The notes below the pieces were generated by a model. The model saw only the letters and a list, made by a program, of their open reading frames with translations, was not told where the DNA came from and did no database searches. From positions 29,574,001-29,638,000 of the forward strand of contig OZ024751.1 of assembly GCA_964016885.1 (NCBI GenBank): 64,000 nt of DNA, in the 5' to 3' direction. Positions 12,623 through 26,540 of the stretch are shown here, one piece after another (the stretch's first letter is position 1; each line of letters begins with the position of its first letter). This DNA comes from Eledone cirrhosa. Its lineage: Eukaryota. The position numbers and the translations under genes are program-made.

Positions 12623-14315
12623 CCTCTCTCTCTTTGTGTAGTATTTAATGTTGAGCTTCTTCTTTCCTGCTATCATATTTGAGTCCCTGAAGCATTAAGC
12701 AAGCATTCTCACTGCTTCTTGCTCTCATTCATTCATAAGTACTTCTATTTTGCCAGTCTCATTAGTACCTTATTACCTTTTAGCCTTTCATTTTATTCAA
12801 TTTTATTTAATCTTACTTCATTTTTATTTCAATTTATTACATTTTAAAATTTCAAGATCAGCAAATTTTTTTTGGAGGGGGGGGGGGGGTAGAAGTAAAG
12901 ATATTAAAAAAAATTTTTTTTTTTCTATTTTTCCATCAATTGTAAAAAAAAAAATTAGTTTGAAATTACTAGCACTTATCCACATGTTGGCTTGTAAATG
13001 CTTTGGGTATCTTTTAAGGGTATCATTAACCTTGAAGATAATAGGGGTTGGGTTCAGTTCACATTAATGTTCTTACTAGTCAACACTCTCATGAAAAAAT
13101 TACAACATTCTCTGGCCATTGTTCCCATTGTTTAAACATAAAGCACTTATTTTTTATATTTATTTTGTTATTAATTCTAAAATAATTCTAAACACTAGAA
13201 ATTTTGTATCAGAGACATTTTGCAGATCTCATTACGGTGGAGATTAAGCAGGTTATTATGAAAATACATTTAAGTTCCAAAAAAAAATTAGTATAATTAT
13301 TATTTATTTTTTTAATTGAAATCTAAAAAACATTTCATCATCAAATTTATTATGTTTTAAATTGAAGTATGAAATATTAAAAAAAAATGTGTTTTATCAT
13401 TAATGTCTCATATTTCTGTGACAAAATTTATAAAAAAATATTTCCTCACCATATTTGTAATAAAATACACTGTCTATGCATTTCAGTTAATTTTGAAAAT
13501 GTTCAAAAGTTTGAAGGGATTTAGTAAAAATAAATAACATTTTCAATTTTCACTTTTTTTTTATTTAGTTAGTGGTTTGGAACATAACTTAACAAAGGTT
13601 TTTAAATAAAACCATGGTGAAAGGTTTTAATTTAGATGTAGATACTATAAAATCACAGGTTTTATATCATAGAATTTGGGGCAGTTTTGAGCAAGAGCAG
13701 TTTATTTTATATATATATATACACATATATAGATACACACACAGATACTTCAAAGAAAAAAGGTCAGATTGCAATATATTCCTTTCCATTCCTGCACCAA
13801 CCATATGATGCCAAATCAATAATGGTTGCTATGTATAATGTTGAGTGCTTTTGCTTATTGCATCACTGTCTTCTAATAAGAATGACAAGATCTACCCATT
13901 AGTTAAATCACCCAACATAAGCAGTGTAAATATATATATATACACACACATATGTATATATATATATACATACATACACAGAAGGCCCGACTTCACACAG
14001 GAACAAGCCGAAGCATATAGGCAATATGCCCCCATCCCCTCCCACTGCAAAGTCGTCGTGGAGGTGTCACGTCAAAAAATCACCCAGACCACACTGTAAA
14101 GTGGACGTGTAAGCACCACGGAAAAAAAGCACCTAGCACTCACTGTAAATGAGGTTGGTGTTAGGAAGGGCATCCAGCTGTAGAAATCAAGCCAAAATCA
14201 GTTCCTGTATGAGCAAGACAAGGTCAGCCGACCTAACATTCCCCACAACAGGAAAACCCATCTAACCCATGCTAGCGTGGAAGAATTGACATAAAACAGT
14301 GATGATGATGATGAT

Positions 14316-14348
<33 letters not shown>

Positions 14349-14352
14349 CCAT

Positions 14353-14435
14353 ACAAGTGGAGAGATGCTGTGCTGAATAAGACCCGTCCAACCCTTGCAA
14401 GCAGGGAAAAGCGGATGTAAAATGATGATGATGAT
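14353..14435 (+). mobile_element. RTE LINE extreme 3' end
   Basis: caagtggagagatgctgtgctgaataagacccgtcc...cttgcaagcagggaaaagcgga-(tga)n, near-identical to 38080-38160. Confidence 0.85.
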
Positions 14436-15055
14436 GGGGTGGCTAAAAGTGTTAGTACAAAGAGGTGCACCGCACCCACCTGTAAAATATTGCCTCAATG
14501 GAACCCCTCAATACATATAAATTCTATCATGCAACCTGATTAACTAATTCCAGGGTTAACAGAAACACTGGCCTTAAAATGTATCTTGTATTCCATGTTA
14601 AAATGTGTTCATTGAAACTGTCTCTTTTCAACATAAAGATAAGGTTAATATTGACATTTATCATATGTAACCTTGCATCTTATTTTGAAATGAAGCTTTA
14701 GAAGTAAAGTGCAAAATTTTTTATATACATACACGCATACATATATTTATATATATATACATACACACACATATAAACAGACACACACACATATGGCAAA
14801 GTTGCACAGAGAAAAGATTCGATGTACATGGTATGAATAAACAAAAGCATTTAACTTCCTTCTCAGCGACCCCCTGGCAATGAAAATTTGTGCATAAGTG
14901 TAGCATTGCATATATATATATACACACACATAGATATTGCATATATATATATACACACATAGATACAATGACTTTTGCTTTTTACTTTTGTTCTCGATAG
15001 AATGTTAGGTACATTTTAAAGAATAGATTTAAACACTATAAACTCTGTGTGTATC

Positions 15056-15086
<31 letters not shown>

Positions 15087-15104
15087 ATATATATATATAT
15101 ATAT

Positions 15105-15215
15105 AATGTCTCTCATTTTTATTATTTTGCAGGTGAGTAAATCTTAAAATTTCATCCCAAGCTGTACAAAAAAAAAAGGTTTGGGGATAATTTTCAGTAA
15201 ACATCAAGAGTAAGT
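15105..15215 (+). promoter_or_regulatory. Candidate recursive splice site (3'SS abutting 5'SS) with downstream donor
   Basis: tctctcatttttattattttgcAG|GTGAGT at 15132/15133; GTAAGT at 15210. Confidence 0.35.
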
Positions 15216-15579
15216 AATTTTTTTTTTAATTCAGTATTTAATTTTGGAGTATTTTTTGTGAGTTTGAAAACTTGCTAAAAGAAAAGGAAAGGGCCGGAAA
15301 GAGTTATTTCAATAAATAATTAAGGGAATTCAACCTGTCCAGCCACCTATCTTTTTACTTAATAATATATTTAACTCCGTTCCTGCACCATCAGCATGAT
15401 TCAACATCAAAGATGGATGAGTTGTATAGCGTTGAGTGCTTTCCTCATATTGCATCATGATTAACATTGGAGAATTACCAATTCTAGCCAGTGGTGAACC
15501 ACCAAATTTCAGCGAAAATGTAAATATATATATGTATGTATGTATGTATGTATATATGTATATATGTACAGTAATAATA

Positions 15580-15750
15580 AATATAGACCAAAACCGAAAG
15601 AGAACTTGATAAGGGTTATATATCATTATCATCATCAAGTATATATATAAACCTGTAGAGCAAATATTTATTATTACTACAGATTAAAAGTTTCAGCAAT
15701 AAATTACTGCTTTCATCCTATGTAGGATTATCTGAAACAATATCAGATAA
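15580..15750 (-). mobile_element. Penelope-pLTR-like cassette with degenerate HHR (15690-15738); same family as 21488-21560 and 33095-33310
   Basis: Shared gtagagcaaatatttatt...cagattaaa.gttt and gtttcaga.aatcc...gga.gaaagcag motifs. Confidence 0.6.
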
Positions 15751-15754
15751 ATAA

Positions 15755-15811
<57 letters not shown>

Positions 15812-15822
<11 letters not shown>

Positions 15823-18800
15823 GATCGAGTATCGAAAAATCGGCGCACGAGTTAACGAAAAACGAAATCCGATATGAGCGGCAGAGGGCTCAATAATTCA
15901 GATGAATCAGAGCTATAACTATCGTTAAAATACCGTCACATATAGAACAAGTCTACAATCAACCATACGATTTAAAATCGATAAAGGAAGATTCGGGCCA
16001 AACAGATAAAAAATATCAATAAAACAATACGTCAATAATTTAAATGAATGTAAAATCATACCCGGACCCACTAGAAAGGTGTTAAATCTAGCTTCATGGG
16101 TTTCTGTAAATCCTTAGACAGTACTCTATCAGCTCACATATAAATATAAAAGCCTACTAGAATAAGTGGAATGGAGTTTACGTTGTCAACGAGTTTTATC
16201 CTGGCGGCAAAGGAGTCAACTAGCGGTGAAAAACGCACATGGCATTAGACAAGGGAGATGACCCCTATATCCGCGAAAATAATTCGAGTGAATGTGGAAA
16301 TACACATATCGAATTAGAGTGCTCAATAGACATGTTAAAATAAAACAAAAGCTATTCATCACTCAATAGAATCGACAAAATATGAGCAATAAAATTAACT
16401 GGTGGATAGCTATGTCCAGAGCTAAATATATTAGAAAGATCGAGTATCGAAAAATCGGCGCACGAGTTAACGAAAAACGAAATCCGATATGAGCGGCAGA
16501 GGGCTCAATAATTCAGATGAATCAGAGCTATAACTATCGTTAAAATACCGTCACATATAGAACAAGTCTACAATCAACCATACGATTTAAAATCGATAAA
16601 GGAAGATTCGGGCCAAACAGATAAAAAATATCAATAAAACAATACGTCAATAATTTAAATGAATGTAAAATCATACCCGGACCCACTAGAAAGGTGTTAA
16701 ATCTAGCTTCATGGGTTTCTGTAAATCCTTAGACAGTACTCTATCAGCTCACATATAAATATAAAAGCCTACTAGAATAAGTGGAATGGAGTTTACGTTG
16801 TCAACGAGTTTTATCCTGGCGGCAAAGGAGTCAACTAGCGGTGAAAAACGCACATGGCATTAGACAAGGGAGATGACCCCTATATCCGCGAAAATAATTC
16901 GAGTGAATGTGGAAATACACATATCGAATTAGAGTGCTCAATAGACATGTTAAAATAAAACAAAAGCTATTCATCACTCAATAGAATCGACAAAATATGA
17001 GCAATAAAATTAACTGGTGGATAGCTATGTCCAGAGCTAAATATATTAGAAAGATCGAGTATCGAAAAATCGGCGCACGAGTTAACGAAAAACGAAATCC
17101 GATATGAGCGGCAGAGGGCTCAATAATTCAGATGAATCAGAGCTATAACTATCGTTAAAATACCGTCACATATAGAACAAGTCTACAATCAACCATACGA
17201 TTTAAAATCGATAAAGGAAGATTCGGGCCAAACAGATAAAAAATATCAATAAAACAATACGTCAATAATTTAAATGAATGTAAAATCATACCCGGACCCA
17301 CTAGAAAGGTGTTAAATCTAGCTTCATGGGTTTCTGTAAATCCTTAGACAGTACTCTATCAGCTCACATATAAATATAAAAGCCTACTAGAATAAGTGGA
17401 ATGGAGTTTACGTTGTCAACGAGTTTTATCCTGGCGGCAAAGGAGTCAACTAGCGGTGAAAAACGCACATGGCATTAGACAAGGGAGATGACCCCTATAT
17501 CCGCGAAAATAATTCGAGTGAATGTGGAAATACACATATCGAATTAGAGTGCTCAATAGACATGTTAAAATAAAACAAAAGCTATTCATCACTCAATAGA
17601 ATCGACAAAATATGAGCAATAAAATTAACTGGTGGATAGCTATGTCCAGAGCTAAATATATTAGAAAGATCGAGTATCGAAAAATCGGCGCACGAGTTAA
17701 CGAAAAACGAAATCCGATATGAGCGGCAGAGGGCTCAATAATTCAGATGAATCAGAGCTATAACTATCGTTAAAATACCGTCACATATAGAACAAGTCTA
17801 CAATCAACCATACGATTTAAAATCGATAAAGGAAGATTCGGGCCAAACAGATAAAAAATATCAATAAAACAATACGTCAATAATTTAAATGAATGTAAAA
17901 TCATACCCGGACCCACTAGAAAGGTGTTAAATCTAGCTTCATGGGTTTCTGTAAATCCTTAGACAGTACTCTATCAGCTCACATATAAATATAAAAGCCT
18001 ACTAGAATAAGTGGAATGGAGTTTACGTTGTCAACGAGTTTTATCCTGGCGGCAAAGGAGTCAACTAGCGGTGAAAAACGCACATGGCATTAGACAAGGG
18101 AGATGACCCCTATATCCGCGAAAATAATTCGAGTGAATGTGGAAATACACATATCGAATTAGAGTGCTCAATAGACATGTTAAAATAAAACAAAAGCTAT
18201 TCATCACTCAATAGAATCGACAAAATATGAGCAATAAAATTAACTGGTGGATAGCTATGTCCAGAGCTAAATATATTAGAAAGATCGAGTATCGAAAAAT
18301 CGGCGCACGAGTTAACGAAAAACGAAATCCGATATGAGCGGCAGAGGGCTCAATAATTCAGATGAATCAGAGCTATAACTATCGTTAAAATACCGTCACA
18401 TATAGAACAAGTCTACAATCAACCATACGATTTAAAATCGATAAAGGAAGATTCGGGCCAAACAGATAAAAAATATCAATAAAACAATACGTCAATAATT
18501 TAAATGAATGTAAAATCATACCCGGACCCACTAGAAAGGTGTTAAATCTAGCTTCATGGGTTTCTGTAAATCCTTAGACAGTACTCTATCAGCTCACATA
18601 TAAATATAAAAGCCTACTAGAATAAGTGGAATGGAGTTTACGTTGTCAACGAGTTTTATCCTGGCGGCAAAGGAGTCAACTAGCGGTGAAAAACGCACAT
18701 GGCATTAGACAAGGGAGATGACCCCTATATCCGCGAAAATAATTCGAGTGAATGTGGAAATACACATATCGAATTAGAGTGCTCAATAGACATGTTAAAA

Positions 18801-19011
18801 TAAAACAAAAGCTATTCATCACTCAATAGAATCGACAAAATATGAGCAATAAAATTAACTGGTGGATAGCTATGTCCAGAGCTAAATATATTAGAAAGAT
18901 CGAGTATCGAAAAATCGGCGCACGAGTTAACGAAAAACGAAATCCGATATGAGCGGCAGAGGGCTCAATAATTCAGATGAATCAGAGCTATAACTATCGT
19001 TAAAATACCGT

Positions 19012-19018
<7 letters not shown>
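15812..19018. repeat. Tandem array of 5.2 apparently identical 615-bp non-coding units inserted in (TA)n
   Basis: ttagaaagatcgag recurs at 15816, 16431, 17046, 17661, 18276 and 18891; no ORF of 60 aa or more within the units; both ends merge into TA tracts. Confidence 0.97.
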
Positions 19019-19067
<49 letters not shown>

Positions 19068-19119
19068 TATATATATAAATATATATATATGTGTATATAT
19101 ATATATATATAAATATATA

Positions 19120-19207
<88 letters not shown>

Positions 19208-19307
19208 TATATATATAAATATATATATATGTGTATATATATATATATATATATAAATATAAATATATATATATGTGTATATATATATATATATATATAA
19301 ATATATA

Positions 19308-19376
<69 letters not shown>

Positions 19377-19381
19377 GTATA

Positions 19382-19424
<43 letters not shown>

Positions 19425-19429
19425 GTATA

Positions 19430-19484
<55 letters not shown>

Positions 19485-19509
19485 ATATATATATATATAT
19501 AAATATATA

Positions 19510-19564
<55 letters not shown>

Positions 19565-19796
19565 CATTTAGTTAGTGTCTTTTTTGTAGTGTATGTCATA
19601 ATATGGCAGTAAATTCTGTTTAAACGAAATCATCAACTTGATATTTAGGATCTGTATCATAAAGAACCACTTCACTTAAGTCACTAATGCTAATTGAGAA
19701 GAAATAGTTATCTTCTTCGTTAACTCTAATGCTCAGATACCTATTGGAAATAAATTATAAATCATATATACATGTATATCCCTCATATTCTCTCTT

Positions 19797-19876
<80 letters not shown>

Positions 19877-20000
19877 GTCTTTTCTGATACAAGCACTGAA
19901 ATGTGCAATCTGTGTCATTAATTATCATATTCTATCTTGCTGTTACACACATGCAATATATATATTTATATCAATATAAAAAGTTATCTGTCTCTCATAC

Positions 20001-20034
<34 letters not shown>

Positions 20035-20349
20035 TTATTGTCATAAATACACATATATATGCTGTAACATTCAAACGTGTTTCGCTTTTATTACCAATAT
20101 GTTCTATGTAATATAAATTATTTATATGTTTGCTACATTTACTTCAATAATTCATGTAAATATTAATGCCAACCATACTTGTACACTAAAATTCATGTAA
20201 AAATGTTAAGTGATCATGATTTTTAGTTGGGTTTGTCTGATGTTTTTGTTGTTTGTTTTGTCTATTTTTTTCTTATTTAAGTTATAAATACATACATGTA
20301 ATAGGCAGAGAAATACACTTCTCTTCTCACTTATTTCGTTTTAGCACAG

Positions 20350-20395
<46 letters not shown>

Positions 20396-20403
20396 AGAGA
20401 GAG

Positions 20404-20434
<31 letters not shown>

Positions 20435-20633
20435 CAGACAGAAAGAGAGAGAGATATGGAAAAAATATTAAGAATCAGAGAGAAATGAAAATATGTTTGT
20501 GTGTATATACATATATATATATGTATGTCTGCGTGTGTGTATATATATATATATATATGTCTGTGCATGAATATATATATATATGTCTGTGTGTGTGTAT
20601 ATATAAATGTGTGTCTGTATCTATATATATATG

Positions 20634-20664
<31 letters not shown>

Positions 20665-21189
20665 TGCTGATACACTTTCCAAGTTATTTAATTATATATT
20701 TCAGAATATTTCATTTATTCAACTCTGTAGTTTAAAATTTAATGCCATGTGTATCCAGTTTAAAATAAGTACACTGTATCCATGTGTTGTTTCATAAGAG
20801 GTGACTGAAAGGGTTGTCAGGCAGGCCATCTATCTGGCTGTAAAACATTGTCTAAAAACACCATCCGCTGATGGCTAGTAAGTTTACCATGTCACCTGCA
20901 AGTTAGACCTTTGGTTTTATTACTTTAGTAAAAAATTTGACCATTAAAACCCCAGTCATTCTTTGTTGTGTGTGTGTGGTTATGGATATATTTTAATATT
21001 TTGTGAAAATCTTTTGAAACTATGAATTTATCCTGGGCTCAATCTAACACATCTGATCCAATGTATTCATCTGCTCATAAAATTTCAGCTAATTTAACGC
21101 TTTTCTCACCCATATTTCCAATGAAATGTCCAATATAATGTTCAAGTTATTTTGAAAATAATCGGGAATTTACTCGGATTTAGTAATAA

Positions 21190-21453
21190 CTAGCAGAATG
21201 GCCCGGAGTTGCTCGGGATTCTAAACATAGATTGGCATGTTTATCCCTCATTTCTGAAACAGTACAGAGAAGTACGGAATACTTCGGCCTGGGGATGGTA
21301 TCTACATTTTGTGCTCATAAAAAAAATTTGTTGTAGATTACCAGGGTATTTTTCCATGCAAAGACAATTAATACTTTATCGCGAAATAAATACTTTTGTT
21401 TATATTTTGTTATTGTGTATGCAAAAATATCTGTACACGAATATATAATTATA

Positions 21454-21493
<40 letters not shown>

Positions 21494-21740
21494 TAACAGA
21501 TTAAAGTTTAAACAAAGAATCGCTGCTTTCACCCTTAACGGGATCTTCTGAAACTAAAAAATATAGCGTCATAATGTCGTAATGCAGACAGCCAGGCATA
21601 CAGACAGATATTATAAGGGTGCAACGTTATATCTATGTATCTATCTAAAAAGAAAGACTAAGAATTATAGAGAGAGATCGCTAAATTGCCTAATGCGGTC
21701 CCTAGGGCTATGGGTGGTTCTCGAGTTTTAGATATATAGA
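21190..21740 (-). mobile_element. Non-autonomous Helitron
   Basis: Minus strand starts TCTATATATC and ends with hairpin cccgagcaactccggg then CTAG; internal segments shared with 53530-53765. Confidence 0.7.
21505..21555 (-). ncRNA. Hammerhead-like motif with U4A core
   Basis: AGTTT-CAGAAGA-tccc gttaa gggt-GAAA-gcag cgattct ttgt-TT-AAACT. Confidence 0.55.
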
Positions 21741-21849
21741 TATAAGTAATTTTCTCATTATTAAGCTGGTGTTTGGAACACAACTCAACAAAAGTATTTA
21801 CATAAAATTATGATGGAAAGTTTTTAGATCAATCCAATCCAATCCAATC

Positions 21850-22260
21850 CAGGGCCGTCTCACTCCTATTAGAGGACCCCTCCATGGTTGACCTCCACTG
21901 CTTTCTGTTTGGTGTTGGCCATGTTTTCAGGGTTGTATTTGTACTCACCATGCTTGGCCAACTGTGGGTTGGTAAGGAAGGCTATTTAAACCATCTAAAG
22001 TCTGCCTTGAGCTCTGAGGCTCATCAGGTCACTGCTTATACTAGTTTCCATGTCATGAAGTGACTGAGAATACAAGACTTCCCCCTGGACAGGATGCATC
22101 CATCACAGTGTTAAACCTCTAGCTATTACTGGTACTCCTTTTTAGCTGATTATACTGGAGCAATGTGAAATGAAATGTATTGCTCAAGAACACAACACAA
22201 ATCAGTCCAGAAATCGAACCCAAGACATTAGGATTGTAAGTCCAACTTTAAGGTCACATG
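21850..22260 (-). mobile_element. SINE (family shared with 380-512 and 56380-56660)
   Basis: (aatcc)n tail; ctggagcaatgtgaaatgaaatgtattgctcaagaacacaac. Confidence 0.7.
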
Positions 22261-23172
22261 CTTCCCATTTAACCCCTAGGTAAATATAAACAACTTAATA
22301 GCAGATTTAGGCAGTTTAGTATCAAAAGGGTTCAACCATTTTTCTGTTTCATTTAAAAAATGTTATAGCTTTGATTAACTGCTCTTTGTTTTTATCATTG
22401 CCCTCTCATTAACATTCTCAACTCATAACACAGCTGCTACCAGCATCCCCTCCAACCATCCAATCATCACCATCACTACCATTTTTTTTTTCATTGTTTC
22501 TTTATCTCTACTATATTGTTCCCCAGATTGCCAAAATACTAAAGAACTACCAATCAAACATTGCAAGATTGTTTCATACATTTTATTTTTATTTTTTTAG
22601 TCTATTTATGCAGAGACTATACAGAGAGTCTGTATCTACTTAAGGTTCTATTTAAAATTCAGGTCATACTTTAAAAATAGCAAAAATATAAAAGAAAAGA
22701 AGTTTGAGGAGGATTCCTGAGTTCTTATTTATTCCACTTCTCTTGCAATTTTCCCCGCATGTGATTGAAAATGTATTTTAATGTGTTGTTAATCAAAAAT
22801 CATCTGCTTTGTTTACCTATCTACACTAAGTGCATGCATACTCACGCTTACTCACTCACACACACACATATCTCTCTCCCTCTCTCTCTCTCTATACATA
22901 TATATATATTGTACATATATATTGTATATATATATATACAAACAGTTTACACACACACATATATATATAAGAAACATTTTACAATATACATAGAATATAT
23001 ACGTGCATATACATATATATATATGCATGTATATATTCTATGTATATTGTACAATGTTTGTTATATAGATACATATATAGTTATGTCTGTGTATATATAT
23101 ATATGTGTACAAGTACATATGTGTGCCTGTGCATAGATACATATTTATCTCTTTCTCTCTCACTCTCTCTCA

Positions 23173-23205
<33 letters not shown>

Positions 23206-23519
23206 CACATATATATATGTGTATACATGTTCCTATGTAGAAAGATTGCTGTCTATTCTTATGATTAAGTCTAAAACAAACGAAATAAATGTGTGTGGTG
23301 TGTGTGGGGGGCAGGGTTAATTTCCAATTATATTCCATGTTTGTATGTTTAAGGACACAGGCTTTTTTGGAAATGGTGTGGGTGTGTGTGTATGTGTGTT
23401 TGTATGTATGTGTGTGTGTTTATGTAACAGCTGCAACTTATACAAATAAACCCTTGGAAGTTGTGATCTCCTGCTTTGTTAGAAAACTTCTGTGTTCTGA
23501 GTATTTATCTCATTATTAT

Positions 23520-24030
23520 TGTTGGTAGAGCATCAGACTACATGCTTTGTGGCATAGAGTTAAGGCCTTTTACTTTCTGAGTTCAAATCCTTCTAAGGTT
23601 AACTCTGCCTTTCATTCTTACTGGGACAATAAAATAAAGCACCAGTAATCCACTGGGGTCAATTTAATCAAATTTCCCTTCCCCAAATTCCTGGCTTTGT
23701 GCTTATATCAGAAACTATGGATTGGCAGTATTGGTAGAGGGTCGGACGCCATGCTTTGATGCATAGAGTTACGGCCCTTGCCATTCTGAGTTCAAATCCC
23801 GCTGAGGTTCACTCTGCCTTTCATCCTTACGGGGTCGATAAAATAAAGTACCAGTAATGTACTGGGTAATTGCTGGCCTTGTGCCAAAAGTAGAAACAAT
23901 TATTTTTGTGGCATTTGTTTGAGCTCTTTACATTCTGAGTTTAAAAGCCACCAAGGTTACCTTTGCCTATTATTCTTACTGAAGTTGATTTAATTGACTT
24001 TCCTCTGACCCAAAATTGTTGCTTTTCTGC
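23520..24030 (+). mobile_element. Three tandem or nested SINE family 1 copies (youngest 23719-23903)
   Basis: Three successive ctgagttcaaat...gcctttcat...gtacc blocks. Confidence 0.8.
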
Positions 24031-24405
24031 TTAACCATTTAGCATTTACATTGCTTTATCTCACATGATATCAAATCTGAGATTTTGATATTATTTATTT
24101 TGAGAACAATGCCTTCACCCTTTAGCATTTAAACCGGCCATATCCGGCCAGAATTCTCTCACTTATTTCTGTTCAAACCGGCTGTAACTGGCTACTTATA
24201 TTGATGTTAAGATATTGTTCTCAAAATAGATTCGATATTATGTGAGGTAAAGTCTTTACCACAAAAATACAATAGTATATATAGAGTAATGAAAATGATA
24301 AAGGGTTAACATAAACAAGTACAAGCAGCTGGTTATGGCCAGTTTGAACAGAAAGAGGTGACAGAATTCTTGCTGGATACAGCAGGTTTAAATGCTGAAG
24401 TGTAA
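24031..24405. mobile_element. piggyBac-like MITE containing an inverted copy of the same family (24114-24309) at its internal TTAA
   Basis: Outer copy continuous across the insertion; inner TIRs ccctttagcattta / aatgataaagggttaa. Confidence 0.72.
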
Positions 24406-24612
24406 CTTTTAAGGTGAATCAATGTGCCAATAAAACGGTTTTGTATCATGTGCCAATGGGATATGTTGGATGTATGGCATAGTTTTTGTCACTCTTCTAA
24501 AATAACTACAATTCTTTCCTCAGTGCATTTCTATGCATTTACAAATTACCATTCCATTTTTCTTTTTAGCTCCACATCTTGAAGAAGATATTATTACTGT
24601 ATAGTTCCCCAT

Positions 24613-24841
24613 TTAACCCTTTAGCATTTACATTACTCTATATATACTATTGTATTTTCATGGTAAAGGCTTTATCTCACATGATTACCTCACATAATAT
24701 CGAATCTATGAGATTTTGATATTATTTATTTTGAGAACAATATCTTAACATAAGTATGAGCAGCTGATTATGACCAGTTTAAAAGGAAAGAGGTGAAAGA
24801 ATTCTGGCTGGACAAGGCCAGTTTAAATGCTAAACGGTTAA
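24613..24841. mobile_element. piggyBac-like MITE, intact, TTAA at both ends
   Basis: ttaaccctttagcattta ... taaatgctaaacggttaa. Confidence 0.82.
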
Positions 24842-25460
24842 GAAGGCACCAATAATTACCCTCTACTTTCTCAATCACTAAAAGAAAAAGAAAATGACAA
24901 ACACACACACACATATACACACACACATATACACAGACACATATTCACACACACACAAATGAATTATGGGAAAAAAAAAAGAAAAAAGGGGTAAAAAAAA
25001 AAGGTTTATATATGTACTTTCTGGCTATAAAATTATAAATGTGATATTACTTAACCTAATAAAACGGCTGGTAATGAAATATAAATTTAGTTTGGAAATA
25101 TTTTATTAATCCTATTAGGCTCAGAGGTATTGTAGTTTTCTTCTATTCAATATTAAACAGTACAACATCGTTTTGATGTTATATACTATGTAATTATTAG
25201 AATATTAAAGAGAAGACACTGTCTTAAGATACTCCACATCATATTCATTCACGGTATAATTTTCTCGTATATGTACATGTGTATGTGTGTGTGTGTATGT
25301 TGTCTATATGTGTGTATCTGTATGTGTGTTTGTGTGTGTGTGTCTGTGTGTGCGCACGCAATTATGTTTAAATTAATCGATAATCAATGTAGGATTATTA
25401 AAAAGCAATTTTCTTATATATATGTATATATATATATATATTTGTCTATATGTATGTGTT

Positions 25461-25563
<103 letters not shown>

Positions 25564-25664
25564 ATACTTATGCTGATAAAGAAATGAGTGAATGTATATA
25601 TATATATATATTTATATATACATACATATATATATACATACATATATATATATATATATATGTG

Positions 25665-25723
<59 letters not shown>

Positions 25724-26493
25724 TATATACATACATATATATATATATACATATATATACATACATATATATGGATGTGAATTGCCATTTAATGTACATA
25801 CCAAGAGTATATATATTTACCATTTATATACAACTATCCAATCTGTCTTGCTCTCAAATTATTACTGTAGACACATTGAAATATTAATGCTTTGCTACAT
25901 AAATCTATAATATACCAGGAATATTGAAGCTGTATATACAGAGACAACTTTTGTTTTTATGGCTGTATGTTGCCTTGCTAGTATGGGTCTGGCAATATAT
26001 GTTTGTGTGTGAGAGAGATTGAGTATGTGCATTCACTCAATGTATCTGTGACAAGCATACTTATCTTATATGTGTTAATGATACCAGCACACATGCACAC
26101 ATACATATGTACATATGCGTGTACATATGTGCATATACTCACACACATAAATATATATAACTCCGGCACCAGATTTACAGCGACTTTTCAATGCTCGCAT
26201 GGATGGATGAGTCTTTTCCAGCACAGAATCCCTCCACTTGTGTGTGTGTTTGTGTATATATAAATATATACACTCAAGCACATTACATATATAGAGTGAA
26301 ACAATTGTTCTTGGTATGGTGAACTAACTGTTGTGGAACTACTTCTACCTAACTCGTCCCATGGACTGAGTGCTCTACTACTGCGGATATTACCCTACAG
26401 TGTTCTACTATTATATATATATGTATATATATATATAGTTCGGATCTGTCAAAACAGCTAGAGCTCAGCTGTCAGGGTCCTGACTCTTTCCCT

Positions 26494-26539
<46 letters not shown>

Positions 26540-26540
<1 letters not shown>

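Larger units (their letters stand above)
21093..22335. mobile_element. piggyBac-like MITE (second family; also ~13430-13700 and 54707-55091) interrupted by a Helitron and a SINE
   Basis: ttaacgcttttctcacccatattt ... gtatcaaaagggtt; internal sequence continues across the insertions. Confidence 0.55.

Noticed and set aside
15812-19018. 615-bp array as a tandem 5S, snRNA or tRNA gene cluster, or a coding repeat
   Set aside because: No recognisable 5S, U-snRNA or tRNA sequence and no ORF of 60 aa or more in the units
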